Shown here in pieces: positions 21,252 to 32,726 of a stretch of 64,000 nucleotides of DNA. The number at the start of each line of letters is the position of its first letter. Position 1 is the first letter of the stretch. The position numbers and the translations under genes are program-made. This DNA is from an uncultured candidate division Zixibacteria bacterium. Lineage in GTDB: Bacteria > Zixibacteria > MSB-5A5 > GN15 > FEB-12. Under the pieces are notes generated by a model. The model was not told the origin of the DNA. It made no database searches and was given only the letters and a program-made list of their open reading frames with translations. The stretch lies in NCBI GenBank assembly GCA_963806185.1, contig CAWDXE010000004.1, positions 96,001 to 160,000 of the forward strand. The letters run 5' to 3'.

Positions 21252-22405
21252 TCAATCAATCGTCCGCAGTCCGTCTACAATGGTCGTCCGCAGTGCCTTG
21301 AAGGTGGGGAAGATGGCCGCCAGAAGCCCGACCACCATTGCCGCAATCACCGCCAACACGATCGTCACCCCCTCGAAGGGAATGACCGGAAGAAAATTGG
21401 ACAGCGCACTGCGTAGAACGGGAATGGTCAGCGATGTCAGAATCAATCCCAATGCTCCGCCGAATGCCGCGATCAACACCGACTCGCCGAAAATCAGTCC
21501 GATCAGGTGCGGCGGCCGGAAACCAAGCGTCTTGAGCACGGCGTATTCATTCATCCGCTCGCGTGCGGTCATGGCCATCGTATTCGCCAGCACGAGCAGA
21601 ATGATGCCGATCACCAGAAACGACACGATCCGCAGGCCGAATATGATCGTCCCGGACATTTCGATAAAACTCAGCGTAAACGCTTCTTCGGTCTCGGTCT
21701 TGGTCTCCGCCAGCGAATTTGCAAACAAATTGTCGATCTGCTCGGAAATGGCGGCAGCCTGCGACGGATCGTCGATCTGTACGATCAACCATCCGACCCG
21801 ACCCGCCCGCCCGGGCATCTCTTCGCGCATCCGTTCATCGACCAAATCGAAACGGAAAAACCAGGTCGACTCGTCGGTGGTCTCCTTTGCGCCCGTGTAG
21901 ATGCCGCGAATCACAAAGTCCCAATCTCCGGGATAGATGTCGCCGACAATCCGCACCGGATCGCCGAGCTTCCACCCAAACCGGTCGGCCAGTCTTCGGC
22001 CGACAATGACGGCGTTTCGCTCCTTGAGGAAGATCTCCTTCTGATCGGCGGCACGATGAACTCCGGATACAGGTCGAGATATTTATCCTTGTCGATCGCG
22101 AACTTGGGGAAGAAATTCGTGGGATCGACATACTGCCCCCGAACCACTTGGCATAGGAGACACTGCTCACCCCCGCAATCTTCGAATCTTCTCGCGATAG
22201 GCGAGCGGGAGATCAAAGACGATCGACACGGCGTGACGGGTAATCAGTCGGTTCGGCGAGGCCGCTTCAGCCGACGATACCAGGCTCCAATGGCGGTGCG
22301 GATCACACAGAACGCCATCACGGCGATCGCCATCCCCAGGACGGTCAGCGCCGTCCGCAGGGGATGCCGACCCGCATTCTTGGTGATCAGCTTGAGGACT
22401 TTCAT
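21252..22405 (-). CDS. ABC exporter permease (MacB/FtsX-like), several indels
   Basis: N-terminus [22 protein letters not shown]-terminus ANTMAMTARERMNEYAVLKTLGF; middle part split across frames. Confidence 0.82.
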
Positions 22406-23082
22406 GCGGCGACCAGTTCTCCTTTGTCGAGACGCTGATCTTGTGAGCCTGCTCGGCCGCTCGCGGGTCGTGCGTGACCATGACGATCGTCTTTCCGAAT
22501 TCCTTGTTGAGCTGGCCCAGCAGGGCCATGATATCTTCGGCCGATTGCTTGTCCAGATCGCCGGTCGGTTCGTCGGCCAGAATCAGGTCCGGATCGGTCA
22601 CCAGGGCCCGGGCAATCGCCACGCGCTGTTCCTGACCGCCGGACAGCTGATTGGGATAGTGCTTCATGCGGTCGGCCAGTCCGACGACTTGAGCGCCGTT
22701 CGACCTGTTTCCGTCGTCCGCTTTCGATAACTTGGTGAGCAAGAGCGGCAGTTCGACATTCTCAAACGCGTTCAGCACCGGCATCAGATTGTAAAACTGA
22801 AACACAAACCCGATCGTCCGGCTCCGCCACGAGGCCAACTGTGCCTCGGAGAATCGCGAGATCTCCTCGCCGTTGATCGTAATCGTCCCCTCTGATGGCC
22901 GGTCGATTCCGGCCAGCAGATTCAGCAGCGTCGTCTTGCCCGATCCCGACGGTCCCATCAGGGCCAGAAACTCACCCCGGGGGATATGCAGAGAGATATT
23001 GTGCAGCACCGGAATTTCAAGCGTATCGCGCCAGTATGATTTGTATACCGCCTGCGTCTGGACGACCGTTTCTGTCGCCCAT
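22402..23082 (-). CDS. ABC transporter ATP-binding protein (LolD/MacB-like), indels
   Basis: [36 protein letters not shown]. Confidence 0.9.
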
Positions 23083-23096
23083 TGCGTTTTGTGTGC

Positions 23097-24293
23097 TCAT
23101 TGCGTCGTATCCACCTTTTGACCTGTAGTCATTTTGCCGGGAGGAGAGATCACGACCCGATCTCCCGCCTGCAATCCACCGATGATCTCTACCATCTTTC
23201 CCCCAAAATCACGACCGGTACGCAACGGCGTCATCACCACCTTCTCCCCGTCCAACCTAAACACCACCTGCGAACCCTCGCGATTCGTTATGGCGTCCCG
23301 CGACACCGCCAGCACCTGCGCTTGTGAACTCTGGCCGGCCGTTGTCCCCTGAGTGAAGAAGTTTACCCGTGCCGACATTTCCGGCAGCACCCGCGCGTCG
23401 ACCGAATCAAACGCCACCCGCACCAGTACGGTGGCCCGCGAACGATCGGCTGTAGGTACAATACTCTTGACGGCCCCCGGATATTTGACGTCGGGATAGG
23501 CGTCGAACACGATTTCCGTCCGCTGACCAACCTGCACTTTGTTGATATTCGATTCGGAGACGTCCGCTTCGACCTCCAGCGATGACATATCGGCCAGCGT
23601 GACTACCGATCCCTTCGACGATGCACACGAAGCGAATGGCGCCACCATTTCGCCGACATCGGCATTCTTGGTCAGCACGGTGCCGTCAAACGGCGCGCGT
23701 ATGATCGTATTCTCCAGATTCACTTCCGCCACGCGCACCTGCGCGGCCGCCGCGCGCACCGCAGCCTGCGCCGTCTGGTACGCCGTTTCAGCCGCTTCCA
23801 GCTCGGCGTCCGTAATCGATCCGGACTGGCGCAGCCCCTTAAAGCGCCGGTAGTTTCTTCCGGCGTTCAGCGAATCCAACTCCGCCGTCTGCAGATTCGC
23901 CTCCGCCAGCGCCAGATTTGCCTGAATATCCTTGTTGTCCAGCCGGGCGATCACTTGCCCTTCCTTGACAAAATCACCTTCCTCAAACCCGAGATACTCG
24001 AGCCGGCCGGTTCCTTTCGATGCGACTTCCGCTTTCCGCTGGGCCACGACATACCCGGTCGCGACCAGATCCGCCGCCGCCTCCGAACCCGTCAACATCG
24101 TCACCGACGTCACCCGAATCTTGGTGGCCGGGGAGACCCCCTCCCGAAGTGCAAAATACCCAACCGCCAGACCGACGAGAATCACAATTCCCGCGACCCA
24201 TTTCCATGCCCCGCTCTTCGGACGGTCATCGTATTTCTTGGTGCGATCAATGCGCATCTGTGATAAATCTATTTTGTGCGGATCATTTTCCAT
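23097..24293 (-). CDS. periplasmic adaptor / membrane fusion protein (HlyD/MacA-like)
   Basis: N-terminal [43 protein letters not shown]. Confidence 0.9.
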   Translation of the reverse strand: MENDPHKIDLSQMRIDRTKKYDDRPKSGAWKWVAGIVILVGLAVGYFALREGVSPATKIRVTSVTMLTGSEAAADLVATGYVVAQRKAEVASKGTGRLEYLGFEEGDFVKEGQVIARLDNKDIQANLALAEANLQTAELDSLNAGRNYRRFKGLRQSGSITDAELEAAETAYQTAQAAVRAAAAQVRVAEVNLENTIIRAPFDGTVLTKNADVGEMVAPFASCASSKGSVVTLADMSSLEVEADVSESNINKVQVGQRTEIVFDAYPDVKYPGAVKSIVPTADRSRATVLVRVAFDSVDARVLPEMSARVNFFTQGTTAGQSSQAQVLAVSRDAITNREGSQVVFRLDGEKVVMTPLRTGRDFGGKMVEIIGGLQAGDRVVISPPGKMTTGQKVDTTQ

Positions 24294-24342
24294 ATGTCAG
24301 TTCCGTTTGATGTTGCCTGTCAGGATAACAGAAGTTCAGTCG

Positions 24343-24371
24343 AGTATAGAATCTATCTTCTCTCGGGGCAA
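24343..24371 (-). promoter_or_regulatory. sigma70-like promoter of the exporter operon
   Basis: Minus strand TTGCCC, 17 nt, TATACT. Confidence 0.55.
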
Positions 24372-24375
24372 GTGC

Positions 24376-24405
24376 AAAAAAAGCGCGACCAAACTTCGGC
24401 CGCGC
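24376..24405 (-). terminator. Rho-independent terminator of the suf operon
   Basis: Minus strand GCGCGGCCGA-AGT-TTGGTCGCGC followed by T7. Confidence 0.75.
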
Positions 24406-24429
24406 CTTTGGCAATTTGTGATATCCGCG

Positions 24430-24741
24430 TTACCAAATGCCGAACTGATCCTTGGCCAAATCGGAACACATTTCCTTCGGATCCCACGGCGGATCCCAGA
24501 CCAGGATGACTTCCACCTTCGTTACGCCGGGCAATTCCTCCAGCTCGCGATGCACCATTGCGACCAGCATCTCGCCATACGGACAGGCCGGCGTCGTCAG
24601 AGTCATTTTGACCTTCACGACCCCCTCGTCGTTCACGTCCACGTCATATACCAGGCCGAGATCGACTATTCCGATCCGAATCTCCGGGTCGTGAATCGGC
24701 CGAATCGCCTCTATCAATTCCTGCTTTGTCGGTATCGCCAT
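24430..24741 (-). CDS. sufT: metal-sulfur cluster assembly factor (DUF59/SufT)
   Basis: DPEIRIGIVDLGLVY, MTLTTPACP, VWDPPW. Confidence 0.88.
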   Translation of the reverse strand: MAIPTKQELIEAIRPIHDPEIRIGIVDLGLVYDVDVNDEGVVKVKMTLTTPACPYGEMLVAMVHRELEELPGVTKVEVILVWDPPWDPKEMCSDLAKDQFGIW

Positions 24742-24744
24742 CTG

Positions 24745-25221
24745 CTAATCCTGCAAATCTTCGGTGTTCACCGCCTTCGACGGTCCGCCGTTCTGGTAGT
24801 TCTTCAGTCCTTCGACCAGCGTCACCCAGGCCAGGAGAGCACACTTGATCCGTACCGGAAACTGCCGCACCCCCTTGAGGGCATCCAGATCGCCCAGATC
24901 GTCCGGTATCTCGACATCTTCGCCCTTGAGCATCTTCTTGACGACTTCGGCGATGCGCGTCACTTCTTCCAGTTTCTTCCCTTTGACTGTCTCCGCCAGC
25001 ATCGATCCGGACGCTACCGAAATGGCGCAACCTCGACAGTGGACGTGCACGTCCTTTACGATGTTTCCGTCTATCTCCACTTGAAGTTCAATTTCATCGC
25101 CGCACGACGGATTCTGTCCTTCCGACGCAATATCGGCGTGCTCCACCGGCTTCTTGCCGCGCGGCGATCGATAGTGATCGAGAATGATCTCCCGATACAT
25201 GTCATCAAGTTCGTTGCTCAT
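24745..25221 (-). CDS. sufU: SUF system NifU-family protein
   Basis: YREIILDHY, NPSCGD, GCAISVASGSM, FPVRIKCALLAW. Confidence 0.93.
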   Translation of the reverse strand: MSNELDDMYREIILDHYRSPRGKKPVEHADIASEGQNPSCGDEIELQVEIDGNIVKDVHVHCRGCAISVASGSMLAETVKGKKLEEVTRIAEVVKKMLKGEDVEIPDDLGDLDALKGVRQFPVRIKCALLAWVTLVEGLKNYQNGGPSKAVNTEDLQD

Positions 25222-26496
25222 ACCCCGAAATACTTTCTCATTTCAATGAGCGCCGTGACGAGCGCGTCGATGTCGGCGCTGGTCGTTGTAGATGTACAGC
25301 GATGCCCGTCGCGGTGGCCACTTTGCCCAGCGTGCGCATCAGCGGCTGACAGCAGTGATGCCCGGCTCGTATGGCGATCCCCTTCGAATCGAGAAAGGTG
25401 CTATATCGTGCGGATGAATGTCGGGATCGGTGAACGAAATCGCCCCGCCGCGCGTCTCGGCTTCCTGCGGACCCTGAATTTCGATACTCTTCAGTGCGGC
25501 CAGCTGCTCGAGCGCATAAGCTGGTCAATTCCATTTCATGTCGGCGGATAACGTCCATGCCGATGTCTTCCAGATAGTGCAGGGCGGCGTCGAACGCGAC
25601 CACGTCGGCGATATTCGGCGTGCCCGCCTCAAATTTGTGCGGCAGGTCGTTCCAGGTGATCCGATCGAAACCGGACCTCGCGGATCATCTCGCCGCCGAA
25701 TTGAATGGCGGCATCGCTTCGAGCAACGCTTTGCGGCCGTACAGAACGCCGACACCGGTCGGGCCGAGCATTTTGTGCGACGAAAAGGCGTAGAAATCGA
25801 CGCCAGTGCTCTTCACATCGATCGCCATGTGCGGCGAGGCCTGAGCGCCATCGATCAGCGCCAACGCGCCGACTCCGTGCGCCTTGCGGACGATCTCCTC
25901 AACCGGATTGATCGTTCCGAGCACGTTGGACACATGGCTGATCGCCACCAGCTTTGTCTTGGACGTAATGATGTTGTCGATATCACTCAGATCGAGATGG
26001 CCGCAGACGGTGATCGGAATTCGCTTGAGAATCGCCCCCTTGCGTTGACAAAGCATCACCCACGGGACAAGATTGGCGTGATGCTCCATTTCGGAAATCA
26101 CGATCTCGTCACCCTCGTGGATATTCACCTCGCCCCAGGTATAGGCCACCAGGTTGATGATTCGGTCGCTCCGCGCGTGAAGATGACCTCTTCCGGCGAC
26201 ACACCGCCGATAAATGCGGGCGACATGCTCGCGCGTGTGCTCGTACCCCGTCGTCGCCCGTTCGGCGAGCGTATGCAGGCCGCGATGGATGTTGGCATTT
26301 GATTTTCGGTAGTAATCGATCAGGGCGTTGATAACGACGCGCGGTTTCTGCGAGGTGGCCGCACTATCCAGATAGACCAGCCGATTGCCGTGGATCCGCT
26401 CGGCCAGGATCGGGAAATCTGCTTTTATTCTCTCAACGTCCAGTTGCTGCGTCGAACTGGTCCAACGTCAACCGGACGGGGTACTTGATTCGACAT
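25218..26496 (-). CDS. sufS: cysteine desulfurase (several indels)
   Basis: VYLDSAATSQKP, NANIHRG, EMEHHANLVPW, FSSHKMLGPTGVG, AIRAGHHCCQPL across frames. Confidence 0.9.
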
Positions 26497-26522
26497 ATCG
26501 TATTCCAGAACCCGGTGCCCGA

Positions 26523-26840
26523 TTAATCATCGAGCCACACGAAAACATCGTTTCCTTCAATCTTCACCTCAAACGTGTCAATCGGCACAATCGCCGGCGG
26601 CGCGGTCACCGCCCCCGATCGCAAATCGAACCGCGCGCCATGCCGCGTGCACATGATCTCATGTCCATTGCGAATCCGCCCGGTTGCGATCGGCTCTCCG
26701 TCATGCGTGCACTCGTCGGCCACCGCAAAAAAACCCTCCGGCGTATGCGCGACGACAAACCGACTGTGCCCGACTTCAAATGCCTTCAGCTGTCCTTCCG
26801 GTATATCAGCTCGTCGGCAGACCCTCACAAACTCGGCCAT
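26523..26840 (-). CDS. Rieske-type [2Fe-2S] ferredoxin
   Basis: CTH...CTRHGARFD Rieske ligands. Confidence 0.9.
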   Translation of the reverse strand: MAEFVRVCRRADIPEGQLKAFEVGHSRFVVAHTPEGFFAVADECTHDGEPIATGRIRNGHEIMCTRHGARFDLRSGAVTAPPAIVPIDTFEVKIEGNDVFVWLDD

Positions 26841-26841
26841 G

Positions 26842-28153
26842 CTAGATCGCCTCCAGCCGTTCGGCCACCGACTGTCTGATCCGTTCCTGGATGTCCTCCG
26901 GCAGCTGCGTCAGGGTCTTTTCGACAAACCCCCCGACGACCATCCGTATCGCGTCGCGTTCCTCGATCCCCCGGCTCTTCAGGTAGAAGATCGACATCGG
27001 ATCAATCGGTCCCACCGTCGCGCCGTGGGTGCACGAGACGTCTTCGTTAAGGATTTCCAGTTCCGGGATCGTCTCGGCCTTGGTCCCCGGCGTGAGGAGG
27101 AGGTTGCGATTCTCCTGATAGGCCTGACAGTTCCTGGCATGCCGGTCGATCCGAATCAGTCCGGTGTAGGCCGACATCGTCTTGTCCTTGAGAACCACCT
27201 TGAAATCGATATTCGAGGTCGTGTTGCCGCTGGCATGGTGATGCAGCGTGTGATTGTCAAAATGCTGGTGACCGGCGCCAAAGAGCAGGCCGAACATTTT
27301 GCTGTGCGCCCCGGCGCCGTTCATCATGACGCCGAAATTCTGCTTCGACAGCGCCGCACCGAACGCCAGCGGAATCGTCAGCATCTGCGCCCCTGCTCGA
27401 TCTGCGCCCGGTGCGTCAGATAGGAGTTCATGCCGGTCGTCTGGCGCTGCAGGGAGACATACTTGCACCCGGCTGTCCTGCTGGCCGAAAATCTCCACCA
27501 CACCGTTCGAGTACGCGATACCGTCGCCACTGACCGAGCCACCGCCGTATTCGTCGACAATCGTCACGTCCGCATTCTCTCCGACTACGACCAGCAATCG
27601 GGGAAACTGCGCCGATCCCGCCTGCCCGGCCTCGCGAAGCAGATGAATCGGTTGCTCGAGCGTGACTCCTTTCGGGACATAGATGAATATGCCGTCCTGC
27701 CACAGTGCGCCGTTCATCGCCTCAAACTTGCCGGTTTGGCTGTTGATGAGATGATACAGATGCGGCTCAACCAATTGCGTATATTTCGTCACCGCGTCCG
27801 ATAGCGGTGCCACGATAATCTTGTGCTTCGCAATCGCCGGCCCGCTGTAAATGGTGACCTTCTGCCCACCCAGATCGCTCACCAGAGCAGGCCAGATGCC
27901 CTCGTCGACGTGCTTCCGCTCCGAGCTGTTCGATCGCCTGATAGTTCGTACCGAAATCGCCGTGCTGCGTGCCTTGGCGTCCGACCAGGAACTTGGCCGG
28001 ATCGGTATACCGCCAGAGATGCAGCCCGCGCTGGGGGAGAGGGGTCGTATTGTAATTGTCCCGCGAATGCTTCCGCTGCTCGCGCAGCCAGTCCGGCCCG
28101 TTGTTCAACGACGCCAGTTCGGGGAGCATATCTTCACCTTTGCTCGTGCTCAT
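26842..28153 (-). CDS. sufD: Fe-S cluster assembly protein SufD (indels)
   Basis: WRYTD, NGALWQDGIFIYVP, AYQENRNLLL, PELEILNEDVSCTHGATVG, FYLKSRGI. Confidence 0.9.
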
Positions 28154-28156
28154 GCC

Positions 28157-29595
28157 TTATCCTACCGATCCTTCCATTTCAAGTTGAATCAGACGATTCA
28201 GTTCCACCGCGTATTCCAGCGGCAGTTCCTTGGTAAACGGCTCCATGAAGCCGTTGACGATCAAGCAGCCGGGCGTCGTCTTCGGTCAGGCCGCGGCTGG
28301 TGAGGTAGAAGAGCTGTTCTTCGGCCACTTTCGATACGCGCGCTTCATGTTCGACCGACACCTTGTCGGCGTCGATTTCCATCGTCGGATAGGTGTCGCT
28401 TCGGGCTTCTTCGCCGATCAGACAGCGCGTCGCACTCGACCGAGATCTTCGAATTGATCGCGTTCTTGTGAATCTTCGCCAGACCACGATACGAGGCCCG
28501 GCCGTTGTCTTTCGAAATCGACTTGGAGGTGATCCGCGACGAGGTATTCGGCGCGGCGTGAATCACCTTGGCGCCGGCGTCCTGATGCTGGTCATGTCCG
28601 GCAAATGCGACCGAGAGGATTTCTCCCCGGGCGCCTTCGCCGACCAGTTGAATGCACGGATACTTCATGGTCAGGCGTGAACCGAGATTGCCGTCGACCC
28701 ATTCGACCGTCGCATTCTTGTAGGCAGTTCGCCCGCTTGGTCACCAGATTGTAGATATTCCGCGACCAGTTCTGAATGGTCGTGTAACGAATGTAGGAAC
28801 CCTCCATCGCGATCAGTTCCACCACCGCCGAGTGCAGCGAATCGGTGGAGTAGACCGGCGCCGTGCACCCTTCGATATAGTGCACGCGCGAGCCCTTGTC
28901 GGCGATAATCAGCGTCCGCTCGAACTGCCCCATGTTTTCCGCGTTGATGCGGAAATACGCCTGGAGCGGGACGGTGACGTTGACACCCTCCGGTACGTAG
29001 ATGAACGATCCGCCCGACCAGACCGCCGTATTCAGCGCGGCGAATTTGTTGTCGGTCGACGGAATCACCGAGCCGAAGATACTTCTTGACGATCTCCGGG
29101 TACTCGCGAAGACCGCTGTCCATATCGAGAAATATGATCCCCTGCTTCTTCAGATCTTCGCTCATCGAGTGATAGACGACTTCGGACTCGTACTGCGCCG
29201 AGACGCCGCCGAGAAAGATCTTCTCTGCCTCGGGAATGCCGAGGCGATCAAACGTCTTCTTGATATATTCCGGGACATCGTCCCAGCTCGTCTGCTGGTT
29301 TTCGATCGGCTTCATGAAGTAGTAGATATTGTCGAAATCGATTTCGCCGAGCAGTTCGGTGTTGCCCCATTTGGGCATCGGCTTCGCATAGAAATATGTC
29401 GAGAGCTTCGTGGCGGATTTCCGTCATCCACTCCGGCTCCTTTTTCATCTGGGAGATCATCTCAACCACTTCGTGGCTGAGTCCCTTGGCCCCTTTGTGG
29501 AAATAGTCGACCGGATCATGAAACCCGTACTTGGTCGCGTAATCCTGGTTCAGGGTCGACAGGTCCTGCTTTTGCTGTTGTATGCTGTCGGACAT
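28157..29595 (-). CDS. sufB: Fe-S cluster assembly protein SufB (several indels)
   Basis: [72 protein letters not shown]. Confidence 0.92.
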
Positions 29596-29601
29596 GATTC
29601 T

Positions 29602-30369
29602 TTAGACTCCCGCTTTCTGGGCGACTTCCTTCTCGACCCAATCGTACCCCAGGTCCTCGAGCTTCAGCGCCAGCTCCGGCCCACCCGACTTCACCAGCCG
29701 CCCATCCATCATCACGTGGACATAGTCCGGCTTGATGTAGTTGAGCAGCCGCTGGTAGTGCGTGACCAGGAGTATGCTGTTTGACTCGTGGTGGTACTTG
29801 TTGATGCCCTCCGCCACGGTCTTGAGAGCGTCGATATCGAGCCCGGAATCGGTTTCATCGAGAATCGCCATCTTCGGCTTGAGCATGGCCATCTGCAGAA
29901 TCTCAATACGCTTCTTTTCGCCGCCGGAAAAACCTTCATTCAGGTATCGTGTGGCGAATACTTCATCGACTTCAAGGTTAGCCATCTCCGCCTTGAACAG
30001 CTTCCGAAAATCGGACATGTCGGCTTCTTTGCCGCGGTGCGCTTGCAGTGCTGTACGCATGAAATTGGCCACCGTCACACCCGGGATCGCCAGCGGGTAC
30101 TGAAACGCCAGAAACAGGCCGGCGCGCGACCGCTCGTCCGCGCTCATCTCCAGTATGCTCTGCCCACCCAATCGCGCTTCGCCGGCACTGATCGTATAGG
30201 CCGGGTGACCCATGAGCGCATTCGACAGGGAAGACTTCCCGGAGCCGTTCGGCCCCATGATCGCGTGGATCTCGCCGGGAAGAATCGTGAGCGACACCCC
30301 TTTGACGACCTCTTTCCCTTCGACTATTACGTGAATATTCTTGAATTCAAAAAGCGGTTGCTTGGTCAT
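29602..30369 (-). CDS. sufC: Fe-S cluster assembly ATPase
   Basis: [43 protein letters not shown]. Confidence 0.96.
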   Translation of the reverse strand: MTKQPLFEFKNIHVIVEGKEVVKGVSLTILPGEIHAIMGPNGSGKSSLSNALMGHPAYTISAGEARLGGQSILEMSADERSRAGLFLAFQYPLAIPGVTVANFMRTALQAHRGKEADMSDFRKLFKAEMANLEVDEVFATRYLNEGFSGGEKKRIEILQMAMLKPKMAILDETDSGLDIDALKTVAEGINKYHHESNSILLVTHYQRLLNYIKPDYVHVMMDGRLVKSGGPELALKLEDLGYDWVEKEVAQKAGV

Positions 30370-30409
30370 GTAGTCCTCTATCTAAACGTCTTCACAATTC
30401 TCACATCAA

Positions 30410-30500
30410 TGGCTGGCGTACGTGTCGTGCGCCAGCGCTCAATCTTTCAGTTCTCTTCTTTCTTCCCCTCTCCCTTTGGGAGAGAGCTGGGGCGAGGGCC
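30410..30500. repeat. REP-like palindromes inside the suf operon
   Basis: Family C copy GGCTGGCGTACGTGTCGTGCGCCAGC, plus CCCCTCTCCCTTTGGGAGAGAG...GAGGG element; ATCTTTCAGTTCTCTTCT shared with 19889. Confidence 0.6.
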
Positions 30501-30528
30501 AGTAAGTACCGCCCTCTCATTGCAGTTC

Positions 30529-31041
30529 CTACTTCCCCTCCAATTGTCCCGCTTTCCCTGCTTCCAATTCTTCGGGAAAGGGAGCCGGCGTGGCGAGATT
30601 CGGGATCGTGGCGGAGAAGCCGCGCGGTGCGCTCGAGGCAATATCAGCCAGCGTCGTGCGGGACAGGAAATCCTGCACCATGCCGGCCAAACCGCCGAGC
30701 ACGTCGTGAACAGAACAATTGGCGGTGTGCACGCAGGACTCCAGCTGCCCGGAAAACCGCTGACAGTGCTCCGGATCAATGAGCGGCCCCCCGAGGCAAG
30801 TCAGCGCTTCATAGACTGTGATCTCTTTTGGCTCGCGCGCGATCGTGAATCCGCCCCCGCGACCCCGTTCCGCCGTGATCAGCCCACCTTTGCGAAGAAT
30901 AGCAAGTAGCTTCGAGGCATAAGGGACAGAAAGTCCCTCCATTTCCGCTATCTCCGCAATTGACAACTGCCCCGTAGTCCCCTTGCGGGCCAATGCCATC
31001 AAGCACCTCAGCCCGTATTCTTCAACTGCCGTAATCCGCAT
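30529..31041 (-). CDS. Rrf2 family transcriptional regulator (IscR/SufR-like, three Cys)
   Basis: MRITAVEEYGLRCL, RGRGGGF, HC...SC...NC ligands; first gene of the suf operon. Confidence 0.9.
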   Translation of the reverse strand: MRITAVEEYGLRCLMALARKGTTGQLSIAEIAEMEGLSVPYASKLLAILRKGGLITAERGRGGGFTIAREPKEITVYEALTCLGGPLIDPEHCQRFSGQLESCVHTANCSVHDVLGGLAGMVQDFLSRTTLADIASSAPRGFSATIPNLATPAPFPEELEAGKAGQLEGK

Positions 31042-31084
31042 GGTATTACTCTGTGCCCTTTCTTCCCGGCGCCTCAGCATACAA

Positions 31085-31108
31085 AAACTATACGATTCTG
31101 TAAACTAT
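31085..31108. promoter_or_regulatory. candidate Rrf2 operator
   Basis: Imperfect AT-rich palindrome AAACTATAC-N6-GTAAACTAT upstream of the Rrf2 gene. Confidence 0.35.
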
Positions 31109-31226
31109 CTTTTTTAACTAAATGTATCGGGTATGGTTCCTGAGACGTTAACAAATCGGGGGAAATCCGAATTTGTCCTCAGAAACCCTTGCCAATTACG
31201 TTGGGAGATAGTAGGTTAGGACTCGT

Positions 31227-31274
31227 ATGCCAACCGGACACGTCCACCCTCAAACGTCTTCTGCGACAGCCTAA
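31227..31274 (+). CDS. possible leader peptide (MPTGHVHPQTSSATA*) upstream of mntP
   Basis: ATG 31227 follows TTGCCA-17-TAGGTT; its TAA abuts the mntP ATG in the same frame. Confidence 0.35.
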   Translation: MPTGHVHPQTSSATA

Positions 31275-31826
31275 ATGGGAACAATCAACGTTCTCGCTCT
31301 CGCCTTCGCTCTGGCCTTTGACGCTTTCGCTGTGGCTGTAGCAGTCGGCATCCGCCTGGGCAAAATGGATCGATGGACCATCTTCCGGCTGTCGTTCCAT
31401 TTCGGCTTCGCCCAATTCGGCATGCCTCTGATCGGCTGGCGTGCGGGTGAGGTAGTCGCGCGCTACCTCGAACCACTCGATCACTGGGTAGCGGGCATAA
31501 TCCTCTTCGGCATCGGAGCCAAGCTCTTCTGGGAGCAGATTCGCCCTGAAACTCGCAAGTGGGAGGGAGATCCCACGCGGGGCCTCAGCCTACTGGTCTT
31601 AATGCTGGCGACTTCCGTTGACGCTCTTGCGGCGGGATTGTCTCTTGCGCTATCCGGCACCGATGTTCTCGGGCCGGCATTCGTGATAGGCGTGGTAGCC
31701 GCCGGCATGACGACTGTCGGCTTGGTGTTCGGGCGCCTGTTCAGTCTCCGCTTCAGCCGTGCCGCCGGTATTGTTGGCGCGCTGATGCTTATCGGCCTGG
31801 CGGTGATGACTGTGTGGGCCGCATAG
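31275..31826 (+). CDS. mntP: manganese efflux pump MntP family
   Basis: LAFDAFAVAV, FGFAQFGMPLIGW, DHW, ATSVDALAAG. Confidence 0.9.
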   Translation: MGTINVLALAFALAFDAFAVAVAVGIRLGKMDRWTIFRLSFHFGFAQFGMPLIGWRAGEVVARYLEPLDHWVAGIILFGIGAKLFWEQIRPETRKWEGDPTRGLSLLVLMLATSVDALAAGLSLALSGTDVLGPAFVIGVVAAGMTTVGLVFGRLFSLRFSRAAGIVGALMLIGLAVMTVWAA

Positions 31827-32031
31827 GAATGAGCGGGCCGGCCTTGGTCGAATCCTGGCCAGACCAGTGTCTACGACCGCGTGGCCATCTTCCCGCCTCC
31901 AACCAAGACAAAATCCCTCTCCTTAGAAATCTCCACTTGACTAATAATTCCGAATCCCTACTTTACTTTTGACACTGGATACTTCTCCAATGCCGTGTTT
32001 TTCAAATCGCGCATAGCCGGGAGTTAATCGT

Positions 32032-32658
32032 ATGAAACGCGTCTTGATAATTGTTCTTGCTGCGCTGGTGGCGTTGCCGCTCACGTCGTTCTCTCTTGGC
32101 TTTCTCTCAGTCCAGAATGCGACTATCACGCAGATAGGTACCGACACCTACCGCCTGCGCGTCAACATGGATTGGGGGGGCCCGGATATTCTCGCCGGTG
32201 ACTTCGTCGCGCCGACTGGCGCCACTTTGGTTACCGACGCTCGGGTCAATCTCTCGGCATTTGAACTCGGTGGTCCGGCCGGTGGATTCAACTATTTTGC
32301 CGAAGTCAACGAAGGCATATGGGGTCCCGGTCAAACCTCCGGCTGGGGCGGTACTGACTATGATCGGTATGAATACTGGCGGCCGCTCGGCTATGAATTC
32401 GGCTATGACTTCCAGCTTGCGGGCGCCTTACCGCAGACCATGCAGATCACCTATGGCGGTTGGCTGGAATGGGCGTACACGTATCGGACAGCCGGCGGTC
32501 TGCGCTCCTTCGATTGGTATGATATTGCCCATGACGAGTATATCAGGGGCTCATATCAAATTGGCTTCGTTCCCGTCCCCGAACCCACAACCGCACTTCT
32601 GTTCGGCATCGGTGTGATTGGAGCAACGCTGGTAGGCCGCCGTCGGGCAAAAAAATAG
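32032..32658 (+). CDS. PEP-CTERM sorting-domain surface protein
   Basis: Signal peptide; C-terminal VPEPTT + TM helix + RRRAKK. Confidence 0.9.
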   Translation: MKRVLIIVLAALVALPLTSFSLGFLSVQNATITQIGTDTYRLRVNMDWGGPDILAGDFVAPTGATLVTDARVNLSAFELGGPAGGFNYFAEVNEGIWGPGQTSGWGGTDYDRYEYWRPLGYEFGYDFQLAGALPQTMQITYGGWLEWAYTYRTAGGLRSFDWYDIAHDEYIRGSYQIGFVPVPEPTTALLFGIGVIGATLVGRRRAKK

Positions 32659-32681
32659 ACTCTGAACTGAATAGAATTTTG

Positions 32682-32714
32682 CGGAGGCGGGTGTACTCGC
32701 CTCCGTTTTCGTTT
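32682..32714 (+). terminator. Rho-independent terminator between convergent genes
   Basis: CGGAGGCGGG-TGTA-CTCGCCTCCG followed by TTTTCGTTT. Confidence 0.7.
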
Positions 32715-32726
32715 GGGAAAACTCGC

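Noticed and set aside
23932..25551. 539-aa plus-strand ORF
   Set aside because: Antisense shadow of the adaptor, sufT, sufU and sufS genes; typical of high-GC DNA
25218..29595. Programmed frameshifting or pseudogenisation of suf genes
   Set aside because: Several shifts per gene, no slippery-site pattern and intact catalytic motifs favour sequencing error
31110..31274. yybP-ykoY Mn riboswitch before mntP
   Set aside because: Core GGGGAGTA and GAGACC elements were not found in the expected arrangement
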